Of a DNA stretch of 32,000 bases, positions 17,368 to 24,202 are shown in pieces. Origin of the DNA: Pyrobaculum calidifontis JCM 11548 (GTDB taxonomy: Archaea; Thermoproteota; Thermoprotei; Thermoproteales; Thermoproteaceae). The notes beneath the pieces were generated by a model, which was given only the letters and a program-made list of their open reading frames with translations, did no database searches and was not told the origin of the DNA. Where the stretch lies: NCBI RefSeq assembly GCF_000015805.1, contig NC_009073.1, positions 1,650,001 through 1,682,000 on the forward strand, in the 5' to 3' direction. Each line of letters starts with the position of its first letter. Within the stretch, counting starts at the first letter, position 1. The translations under genes and the position numbers were made by a program.

Positions 17368-17610
17368 GTTGTTCCGGGGCGGGTCATTGGTTCCCCCCAT
17401 TGGTCGGGGTTTCATCCGTCATTTGGGGGGCGGTCGGGGAGGCCGGACTCCCCCCATGTCGCATGCCCGGGGGCGACTCCCCAGGCAACAACCCATGAAC
17501 GCAACTCCCACCCACCCTATATTGATTAAACAGAGGGAATCAAAGCCACAGGTGGGAAAAATGGGGTCTTCGCCCAGTCCTCCGTGACGTTATTCAACTT
17601 TACTTTATCT
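17368..17610 (-). ncRNA. Omega-RNA-like / right-end structured module, copy B
   Basis: Helices: P1 17384-17392/17490-17498; P2 17393-17399/17424-17430; P3 17436-17441/17448-17453; P4 17465-17473/17478-17486. The architecture is the same as in copy A. Confidence 0.4.
17518..17530 (-). promoter_or_regulatory. TATA-like box upstream of module B
   Basis: The minus strand reads TTTAATCAATATA. Its centre is about 26 nt upstream of the outer end of P1 (17498), the same spacing as in copy A. Confidence 0.35.
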
Positions 17611-18315
17611 AGAAATGGCGTATTCTGGCTTGGAGCTCCTTTCCCTTACTCCACGGCGGGCGGTGCGTCGTAGAGCGCTTCTTGGCGAGACGTTCCGCCT
17701 GTCTCCACAGCCGCACAGCCTTTCCACCGGCGTCTCCACCTTTTTCATCCACTGGGAATTGCCGTAGTAGACATACCGTTTGTTTATGTTAACAGTGATT
17801 ACGCCCCTCGGCGTGATTGGCATAGGCCTTGGAATTTCCACCGATATGTAGAGGGACAAGTTGCCGCCGCGGTAGACCAGCCTAGCCTCCCTCCATTCTC
17901 CTTCCTTGTACCTCTCCTCCATGCCCACAATTCTCGTCCTATGCCCACCCGTTACATGGAGGTAGCCGTCTTTGACGCTGTAGGCGTCTCTGCGTAGCCG
18001 CATGTGCAACTTCCTCACTACTGGCGTCTTGCCCCTAGCTCCCTTAGCTATATACGACTTCACCACGGCCAACGCCTCTCTGTAGCATTCTTGTGCAATT
18101 ACCGACGGCAGTCCCATGGCCTTCAGCGGCTCGTAGAGGGCCTTGTGCATCTCGGATAGCGTAGGCCCATGTCCCTTTGCCCTCGCCTCTTCTACGGCCC
18201 ACTTTATCGCCATGTTTAACCCGCCGCGGTACCTCTTCAGCAACTCGATCAACTCCGGCGTGGGCTCCACCTTGGCCTTCACGGTGGCTAACAGCTTGTC
18301 TTTTCCACAAGCCAT
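17605..18315 (-). pseudogene. tnpB: TnpB (IS605 OrfB family) N-terminal portion, frameshifted and truncated
   Basis: The 236-aa ORF (LKRYRGGLNMAIKWAVEEA...GLPSVIAQECYREALAVVKSY...RGVITVNINKRYVYYGN) follows the archaeal OrfB N-terminal and RuvC-I layout. The last roughly 40 codons read more OrfB-like in another frame (AVRLWRQAERLAKKRSTTHRPPWSKGKELQARIRHF*). The RuvC-II, zinc-finger and RuvC-III regions are absent. Confidence 0.8.
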
Positions 18316-18506
18316 GGTTTGCCCATCTTGTACGGTGAGTTGAACAACTTCACGCAGACCGCCAGTGCTGGCGCGGCCTCATGTCTCCTCTCTATTCGCA
18401 TCTCGTTAAGTCTTTGACGTGTCTTTGAGACTCCGGCGCTCCGTTTGTCGTCCCATGCCGGTAGCCGAGGGTTGGCCGCGGGCAAAGGCTTAAAACCTTA
18501 GCCGCT

Positions 18507-19010
18507 ATGTGGGGTATGAGAGTTTGGAGTGGCGTGGGGAGTAGGTTGCAAGAGAGAGTACGTCGCCTGTACAAAAAGGCGAGGGGCATAGTGGAGGACT
18601 TGGCGAGGAAGACGGCGGTGAAGGCTGTGGCCTTGTCTCTGGCCGTGTTGGTGGGCGTGGTGCTGTTGGTCGACGTATTGCTCCTTTTCGTCGCGGCGGC
18701 GGGCATAGACTTGCCGTCCCTCGCCTACCGCGTCCCGGGGGCCAAGGGCTTTACTTACTACTCCGAGCCCCTCCTCGTCGCTGTGCCAGCCGCCGCCCTC
18801 GCCCTACTCGCAGCCAAGACCCGCAACCCCCGCCTCATGCTCTACCTCGACGCAGCTTTGTTCACAGCCGTGTTACTGGCGATGTCAGCCACATCCTTGG
18901 CCTTCTGCACCTTCTGCGCCCAGCAGTGCCACGAGCAGGGGCTTAAGTGCGGCTACGTCGAACTCGGCACCCTCTACATGTCAATCGACCCGTGCAAGTG
19001 CAAATCTTAG
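18507..19010 (+). CDS. Hypothetical membrane protein with a Cys-rich C-terminus
   Basis: 167-aa ORF with about 3 hydrophobic segments and the C-terminal string CTFCAQQCHEQGLKCG...DPCKCKS. No recognisable family. Confidence 0.5.
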   Translation: MWGMRVWSGVGSRLQERVRRLYKKARGIVEDLARKTAVKAVALSLAVLVGVVLLVDVLLLFVAAAGIDLPSLAYRVPGAKGFTYYSEPLLVAVPAAALALLAAKTRNPRLMLYLDAALFTAVLLAMSATSLAFCTFCAQQCHEQGLKCGYVELGTLYMSIDPCKCKS

Positions 19011-19068
19011 ACTAACAGATTTGAAAATCCAAACCCAAATACCATCTCCCTTTCACCACTTTCAAGCA

Positions 19069-19346
19069 CTCACAATCCTCTTCCTGAGATTCTCAAATTA
19101 TGAACGGCGTTACGGGTAGGTAGTGGGATGTTCCAATTCTCTTCTTTGAGATTCACCCGGGAGGCAGTGTATATACAACGCATTAGCGTATTCCTTTCAA
19201 TCCTCTTCCGGAGATTCGATAAACATGGCCGCAAACGCCTCCAAGGACGACGTGTACTCTTTCAATCCTCTTCTTGAGATTCACACCCGCTTCTTGGACG
19301 ACGCCATTGACAGAAGCTGCACCTTTCAATCCTCCTCTTGAGATTC
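19069..19346 (-). CRISPR. Orphan CRISPR mini-array (5 repeats, 4 spacers)
   Basis: Repeats on the + strand are as follows. R1 19069-19092 CTCACAATCCTCTTCCTGAGATTC. R2 19130-19154 GTTCCAATTCTCTTCTTTGAGATTC (25 nt). R3 19194-19217 CTTTCAATCCTCTTCCGGAGATTC. R4 19259-19282 CTTTCAATCCTCTTCTTGAGATTC. R5 19323-19346 CTTTCAATCCTCCTCTTGAGATTC. Spacers are 37, 39, 41 and 40 nt and are unrelated to each other. The reverse complement ends in GGATTGAAAG, the 8-nt crRNA 5' handle ATTGAAAG, so transcription is on the minus strand. Confidence 0.85.
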
Positions 19347-19440
19347 TATGTTTCTTAGGTATCGTTTTTGGTTGTTTTTAAGTTTTTCTTTAGCTGTTTT
19401 GTGGAGCGATGTAGAGACTTCTCGTGATCACTTCCTTTGC
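19347..19440 (-). promoter_or_regulatory. Putative CRISPR leader
   Basis: An A/T-rich tract (+ strand TATGTTTCTTAGGTATCGTTTTTGGTTGTTTTTAAGTTTTTCTTTAGCTGTTTTG) abuts the best-conserved end of the array. Repeat degeneracy increases away from it, as expected for a leader-proximal to trailer polarity. Confidence 0.45.
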
Positions 19441-19457
19441 CTCATTGGCGACGTAGG

Positions 19458-19786
19458 GGTAGGTACAAGGCCCTCTGGAACGACATCGTAAAGCTGGCCA
19501 AGGCAGACGTGAGGAGGGTGGGCGAGCTCATTGGGAAGAGACATATTAGGGAAAAGCCGTGAAGCTGGCGGCGGGCGAATTTCGGAGAATTTTGAAGAGG
19601 CTAGTGGAGGAGGCCGGCGGCGACGCCCGAATGTTCTACTTCTTCCTCCCGCGGCTTAGGGGGCTACTCGAAAGGGCCATAGCCACAGAGGACGAGGCTA
19701 TGGTCTACACGCTTTTGAAAACAGCGGGTGAGGGAGAGGCTCTCCGCGTGGCCTGGACATGCTTCAATAGTTGCAGATGTGTGTGA
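19458..19786 (+). pseudogene. Possible frameshifted gene remnant of unknown family
   Basis: An open frame at 19458-19559 (GRYKALWNDIVKLAKADVRRVGELIGKRHIREKP*) ends at TGA 19560-19562. That stop overlaps the GTG (19559) of the 75-aa ORF 19559..19786 in the -1 frame. Neither piece has its own convincing promoter. Confidence 0.3.
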
Positions 19787-20269
19787 GAAAGCCACATGCG
19801 GAAAAGTGTGTAGAAGAGACTGGCCAAGGTGGTCCTTCCTCGCGGCGCATTGTCAATGACGGTGCTGTCTGTATTTTTGTGTTGGATGTGCACGCCGACC
19901 AGCGCCGCAGCGAGACGCTGGAGTAAGCTTAATCACAGCGAAAGTGGCGGCGCGCAAGTCGTAGCTGGCAGTGAAGGTGTGAGGCAGGAGCGTTTCGGGG
20001 TAAGGGTGCGTAGAGACTAGATAAAAAGGGCAAACGGTTCGGGCAACCCCTCTTCCCGCTCCTCTATGCTAATTCCACAGCTAGGTTACTGAACTTTACA
20101 CGCCATTCTCGTCTCGCCTAAAGTTTATTTTTGTCTGCATGGGCTAGCTCGGCCCTTTTCTGAGGTCTTCAGTGTGTCGCGAAAATAAAAAAGATGGTGC
20201 GGCATTTTATGAGGGGGAGTAAGACAAGGAAAAGGCGGGCAGGTAATTAAATCAGTTGTATATTTCATT

Positions 20270-20536
20270 GTGGAGAACGCCCTGCTGATTAGGGAGTTAG
20301 AGGAGGCGCCGTATTATGAGCTAGTGGAAATCTTCCGCTTTGAGGTTGGGCGCCGCTATGTGTATAGGCTGGTTGCCGAGAGGGAGTACTTTGTGCACGT
20401 AGTGGCCTTGAGGGAGGCCACGTACGTCGAGTTTTGGCACCCCAGCCACGCTGCTCCTCTGTTGGTTTTTAAGGTGTCGGATAGAGAGGAGCTCGCAAGA
20501 GTGCTCCTCTTGCTTAAGTCGCTGGTGAGTAGATAA
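20270..20536 (+). CDS. Hypothetical small protein (88 aa)
   Basis: GTG start about 22 nt downstream of GTAATTAAAT. No recognisable motif. Confidence 0.45.
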   Translation: MENALLIRELEEAPYYELVEIFRFEVGRRYVYRLVAEREYFVHVVALREATYVEFWHPSHAAPLLVFKVSDREELARVLLLLKSLVSR

Positions 20537-20564
20537 AATTATATACAGAGGCTTTGCTTCTCAC

Positions 20565-21929
20565 ATGTCTTATAGTGTGCTTGAGGCTCTGAGGAAGAGC
20601 CCAGAGGAGGTGAGGAAGGTCTTGCTGGCTAGGAGAGTCGACGCATCTCTCGTGGACAAGTTCCTCGCTCTGGACGCCAAGTGGCGTCAGTTGAAAAAAG
20701 AGATAGACGAGCTCCGCCACCTCTACAACCAGCTGTCTAGAGAGGGGGCCAAGGCCCCTCCTGAGCGCAGGAGAGAAATATCTGAAAAGGCTAGGGAGCT
20801 TGCCGCCAAGTTGGAGAAAGTGGAGGAGGAGGTCAAGGAGTTGGAGAGGCAGAGGGAGGAGCTACTCTACAGTTTTCCGAATCTAATACACGAGTCTGTG
20901 CCAGTGTGTCCAGAGGGCGTGGACTCCGTGCCAGTTAGGCACTGGGGCACTGTCAAAGTGAGCAATGCCGCGTTGCAGTCCCTAGACCCAGGCGTAGAGT
21001 ACGTGGTGGTGGAGAAGGAGCCTGTGGGGCACGCAGATATGGCGGAGGTGGTGTTGCAGATGGCTGACACGCTTAAGGCGGGGGAGGTGGCTGGGAGCAG
21101 GTTCTACTACCTCTTCGACGACTTGGTGTGGCTGGACTTTGCCCTCGCCATGTATGCCATGGACCAGCTAGCCCAGAAGGGGTTTAGGCCCGTCATACCG
21201 CCCTACATGCTGAAGTTTGATATAATTCGCCGCGTTTTAGACTTTGACACATTTAAGGACGCCATATACAAAATAGAGGGGGAGGACCTCTACCTAATAG
21301 CCACGGCTGAGCATGGAATAGCCGCCTACCTCTACAAGAGGGAACTCCTAGAGGAGGAGCTCCCCCAGCTCTATGTCGGGTGGTCTCCGTGCTTTAGGAA
21401 AGAGGCCGGCGCCGGGAATAGAGACCTCAAGGGCATATTCAGAGTACACATATTCCACAAGGTGGAGCAGTTCGTCTTTTCTCTCCCAGAGGAGTCGTGG
21501 AAGTGGCACGAGGAGATTACCAGAAACACTGAGGAACTCATAAGAGGCCTCGGCCTGCCCTACAGAGTGGTAAACATATGTGCCCACGACTTGGGAGCCC
21601 CCGCCGCCAAGAAATACGACATAGAGGTGTGGTACCCCGCGCAGGCCAAGTACAGGGAGTTGGCCAGCTGTTCCAATGTCACAGACTGGCAGTCGTATAG
21701 GCTGGGCATCCGCGTGACAAGAAAAGGCATGAAGAAGGAGTATGTCCACACCCTCAACTGCACGGGGTTGGCAACCACGCGCACAATAACCGCCATATTG
21801 GAAAACTTCCAACGCGACGACGGCGTAGTTGAAATACCAAAGGCGCTTAGGCCGTATCTAGAGCCCATAAAGGCCGCCCCAAAGGAGTACATATACCCCA
21901 GAAGGATCAAGCAACAGCCGCCGAGTTAA
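20565..21929 (+). CDS. serS: Seryl-tRNA synthetase
   Basis: It has an N-terminal coiled-coil tRNA-binding arm and class II motifs: SPCFRKEAGAGNRDLKGIFRVHIF (motif 2) and NCTGLATTRTITAILENFQ (motif 3). Confidence 0.95.
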   Translation: MSYSVLEALRKSPEEVRKVLLARRVDASLVDKFLALDAKWRQLKKEIDELRHLYNQLSREGAKAPPERRREISEKARELAAKLEKVEEEVKELERQREELLYSFPNLIHESVPVCPEGVDSVPVRHWGTVKVSNAALQSLDPGVEYVVVEKEPVGHADMAEVVLQMADTLKAGEVAGSRFYYLFDDLVWLDFALAMYAMDQLAQKGFRPVIPPYMLKFDIIRRVLDFDTFKDAIYKIEGEDLYLIATAEHGIAAYLYKRELLEEELPQLYVGWSPCFRKEAGAGNRDLKGIFRVHIFHKVEQFVFSLPEESWKWHEEITRNTEELIRGLGLPYRVVNICAHDLGAPAAKKYDIEVWYPAQAKYRELASCSNVTDWQSYRLGIRVTRKGMKKEYVHTLNCTGLATTRTITAILENFQRDDGVVEIPKALRPYLEPIKAAPKEYIYPRRIKQQPPS

Positions 21930-21937
21930 CCGCGTCG

Positions 21938-21985
21938 TCAGTGCTTAGGTCCTACATCATTGATCAGCTAGCCTGATCTCTTCAC
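21938..21985 (-). ncRNA. C/D-box sRNA candidate with its own TATA box
   Basis: The minus strand reads as follows. C box GTGAAGA is at 21985-21979, followed by the 11-nt guide GATCAGGCTAG. D' CTGA is at 21967-21964, followed by the spacer TCA. C' ATGATGT is at 21960-21954, followed by the 12-nt guide AGGACCTAAGCA. D box CTGA is at 21941-21938. A TTTAAAA box (22003-22011) lies about 22-26 nt upstream. Confidence 0.6.
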
Positions 21986-22002
21986 GCGTGTTACATATTG
22001 CA

Positions 22003-22011
22003 CAGTTTTAA
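22003..22011 (-). promoter_or_regulatory. TATA-like box for the C/D sRNA candidate (possibly shared with the + strand gene)
   Basis: GTTTTAAAC is nearly palindromic. It is correctly spaced for the minus-strand sRNA and for a + strand start at GTG 22032, but it is too close to GTG 22017. Confidence 0.45.
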
Positions 22012-22016
22012 ACCTA

Positions 22017-22550
22017 GTGCAACTAGAGGCCGTGGGCGCCCAGGAGGTTGTAGTAGGCATAGTGGCAGAGGCCTTTGTCAAATTTGTAACTAGGCTGTGC
22101 GAGTGCGAGAAATTAAAGAAACTGCATGAGAGAGACTTCGAGCTTGCCAAAGTCGCCGAAGAAGTTACCAAGGCCCTCTCAGACGGCCGCGAAGGGACTT
22201 TCGGCCCCGTAACCATAAAGGTGCAGAAGAAGTTCCTAGGCCGCAGAGAGGTTAAAGTGTGGCTTTACGGAAATGAGGTGGACCCCAACACCCTACTTGC
22301 CGAGCTTTCCAAGGCCAAGTCAAGGGCGGCGTGGCTTTTGTCAGACTGCTCAGACCACGCGTTAATCGAGGTATTATACCCATACGAAGACAGATATCTC
22401 ATAGAGGTGGCCCAGAGGAATATGGAGGAAATTAAGTCGCTGTGCACCGGCGCAACCCCCAAGATAGATTTCGGCGAGGCCCCCGCGCACGTGGTAGAGG
22501 GGGTTATGAAGGGCGTAGAGGCGTACCTCTCGCGCCATGCTGGTGCTTAA
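22017..22550 (+). CDS. Hypothetical protein
   Basis: 177-aa ORF that overlaps the pyrH start by 14 nt. The true start may be the in-frame GTG at 22032 (see the TATA spacing). No recognisable domain. Confidence 0.55.
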   Translation: MQLEAVGAQEVVVGIVAEAFVKFVTRLCECEKLKKLHERDFELAKVAEEVTKALSDGREGTFGPVTIKVQKKFLGRREVKVWLYGNEVDPNTLLAELSKAKSRAAWLLSDCSDHALIEVLYPYEDRYLIEVAQRNMEEIKSLCTGATPKIDFGEAPAHVVEGVMKGVEAYLSRHAGA

Positions 22551-23190
22551 GCTTACAGGCAGAATTTTCGACGAAGAAGACCTCGTGGCCAAATACGCAG
22601 CTATAATAAGGCGCATAGGCGGAAAAGTGGCCGTGGTAACTGGAGGCGGCGAAGTGGCGAGGAGGTACATAGCCATGGCGCGAAAGGGCGGCGCCTCCAA
22701 CACTTTCCAAGACCTGCTAGGGATATACGCCAGCCGGCTAAACGCCCTCCTGTTAATTTCGCTAATCGGCGACGACGCCTACCCAAAGGCCCCCTCAACA
22801 GTGGAAGAGTTCCTCGACGCGTGGAGGAGGCACCGCGTCGTGGTGGCCGGGGGCTTTCAGCCGGGGCAATCCACGGCGACTGTGGCAGCCCTCGTGGCAG
22901 AGGCGGCGGGCGCCTCTGTCCTCCTCAACGCGGCAAATATCGACGCCGTGTACGACGACGACCCCAGGAGAAACCCCAACGCTAGAAAAATACCGACGCT
23001 TACATACGACGAGCTTGAGAGAATTCTAAAAACAAGCGTCGTGCCAGGGGGCTACGAGCTCGTTGACCCTTGGAGTATATCAATACTGCGGAGGAACTGC
23101 GTGACTACATACATATTCGACGGAAGGAGGCCGGAATATGTCGAAGAAATACTGCGGGGTGGGAACCCCGGTAGCAAAATAACGTGTTGA
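22537..23190 (+). CDS. pyrH: Uridylate (UMP) kinase, archaeal type
   Basis: 217-aa amino-acid-kinase fold with LKLTGRIF, AVVTGGGEVARRYI, VVAGGFQPGQSTATVAAL and LLNAANIDAVYDDDP. Confidence 0.9.
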   Translation: MLVLKLTGRIFDEEDLVAKYAAIIRRIGGKVAVVTGGGEVARRYIAMARKGGASNTFQDLLGIYASRLNALLLISLIGDDAYPKAPSTVEEFLDAWRRHRVVVAGGFQPGQSTATVAALVAEAAGASVLLNAANIDAVYDDDPRRNPNARKIPTLTYDELERILKTSVVPGGYELVDPWSISILRRNCVTTYIFDGRRPEYVEEILRGGNPGSKITC

Positions 23191-23255
23191 CCCCGCGGCA
23201 GGGGGCTCGCTCATAGGGGCCGCGTCGGGCCTCTTTAAGCCCCCCACCCGCGGGA
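23191..23255 (+). other. Nested GC-rich hairpin directly after the pyrH stop codon
   Basis: Three coaxial stems: 23192-23198/23248-23254 (CCCGCGG/CCGCGGG), 23201-23207/23238-23244 (GGGGGCT/AGCCCCC) and 23216-23221/23228-23233 (GGGGCC/GGCCTC). T-rich tracts follow (TGTTTT, GTTTTCTTTCC). Confidence 0.45.
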
Positions 23256-23297
23256 CTTCTACAACTGTTTTAAAATAGTTTTCTTTCCTCGGGGCCG

Positions 23298-23723
23298 ATG
23301 GATTGTATCTTCTGCAAGATTGTCCGCGGGGAGGCGCCAGCGTGGAAAGTGTACGAGGATGACAAATTCGTAGTGATTCTAGACAAGTATCCGGCCTCCT
23401 TTGGCCACCTCCTGGTGGTGCCCAAGAGCCACTATGTGAATGTGGTAGATGCGCCGCTTGATGTGGCGACGCGCGGCTTTGAAATCGCCGCAAAGCTTGC
23501 CAAGGCCTGGGCCGAGCTGGGGGCAAAGGGGGTCAATATTGTGACAAACGCAGGGCGAGAGGCTGGGCAAGTGGTCTTCCACTTCCATATACATGTGATC
23601 CCCAGGTGGGGCGGCTCGCTTGTCTGGCATGGACGCGACGAGATCAAGGAGAGCGAGGCGAGGGAGGTGGTGGAAAAGCTTTCCAAAGTATTACCCAAGT
23701 ATTTTGGGCGTCCAATTTATTAA
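23298..23723 (+). CDS. HIT (histidine triad) family hydrolase
   Basis: Histidine-triad motif HFHIHVIP. The N-terminus is CIFCKIVRGE. A TATA-like box (TTTTAAAATAG) lies about 25 nt upstream. Confidence 0.9.
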   Translation: MDCIFCKIVRGEAPAWKVYEDDKFVVILDKYPASFGHLLVVPKSHYVNVVDAPLDVATRGFEIAAKLAKAWAELGAKGVNIVTNAGREAGQVVFHFHIHVIPRWGGSLVWHGRDEIKESEAREVVEKLSKVLPKYFGRPIY

Positions 23724-23734
23724 GGCGCGGCGCA

Positions 23735-24202
23735 ATGTACGTGAAGCTCACTGACACGGAGAGGAGAGTGGCGGAGCTGTACTCCAAGGGGCTTAGGCCA
23801 AGGGAGATCGCGGAGGCGCTGGGGATCTCCATAAACACGGTTTACAAGGCCTTGTCAAAGGCCCGCAGGGCTTACTCCGTAGCCGAGGAAGCGCCTGCCT
23901 CACTTCCGCTCTCTGCCTCCTTCTCTGTAAACGTGTACCTCTACCCACCAGCCTCTTTTCAGCCCGTGGCCGTGTCTTCCAGCGGCGCCGTGGCCATATA
24001 CGACGCTTATGACGCCATAATGAAAAAGCTTGAGAAGATTCTGTCTCTCCTAGAGGGGCGGCAAGAGGCGCCGCGCCGGTGGCCGGTGCGCGAGGAGCCT
24101 CGTCCACAGCGCGAAGAGGTCCGCCTCGGCGGAGACGGCCACATGCCGGAGCCTCTTAGGCGAAACGTGTGGATTTCCATTATTAGAAACAAGGCTACTT
24201 AG
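23735..24202 (+). CDS. Putative HTH regulator (LuxR/GerE or sigma-70 region 4-like) with a low-complexity C-terminus
   Basis: I prefer ATG 23735 (MYVKLTDTERRVAELYSKGLRPREIAEALGISINTVYKALSKARR) to the ORF-track start at 23606, which overlaps the HIT gene by 118 nt. Confidence 0.6.
   Translation: MYVKLTDTERRVAELYSKGLRPREIAEALGISINTVYKALSKARRAYSVAEEAPASLPLSASFSVNVYLYPPASFQPVAVSSSGAVAIYDAYDAIMKKLEKILSLLEGRQEAPRRWPVREEPRPQREEVRLGGDGHMPEPLRRNVWISIIRNKAT

Larger units (their letters stand above)
17368..18400 (-). mobile_element. Internally deleted IS605/IS1341-type (tnpB-only) element
   Basis: It holds the tnpB N-terminal portion, a frameshift, a deletion junction near 17610-17620, the last roughly 20 tnpB codons and the conserved right-end module. 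The left boundary was not determined, so 18400 is approximate. Confidence 0.6.

Noticed and set aside
18316-18506. A search for the left-end subterminal hairpin or target-adjacent motif of the tnpB element, for example GTGAGTTGAACAACTTCAC at about 18335-18353.
   Set aside because: The hairpin is imperfect with a loop that is too small. There is no second copy of a left end in the window to define the boundary, so the left end is left undetermined.
19044-19068. A possible sixth, highly degenerate CRISPR repeat (CTTTCACCACTTTCAAGCACTC) at the trailer end.
   Set aside because: Only the first 6 nt match the consensus, and it directly abuts repeat 1 with no spacer.
17368-19346. The idea that the tnpB remnant and the nearby CRISPR array form one functional RNA-guided unit.
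   Set aside because: The repeat is of the Cas6-processed type I/III family (ATTGAAAG handle), unrelated to the tnpB-associated module. The two are separated by an unrelated membrane-protein gene, so co-location in an accessory islet is the simpler explanation.
20194-20250. An 18-codon, highly basic micro-ORF (MVRHFMRGSKTRKRRAGN*) after an A-rich box, reminiscent of tiny ribosomal proteins such as eL41.
   Set aside because: It has no real sequence match to eL41 that I can recognise, the A-rich box is too close to the ATG, and it is too short to evaluate without conservation or Ribo-seq data.
23191-23255. Interpreting the nested hairpin after pyrH as an H/ACA-type pseudouridylation guide.
   Set aside because: There is no K-turn or K-loop GA motif in the upper stem. 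The pocket is very asymmetric (8x4). The nearest ACA lies about 7 nt beyond the stem rather than adjacent to it. It is kept only as an unexplained structured element.
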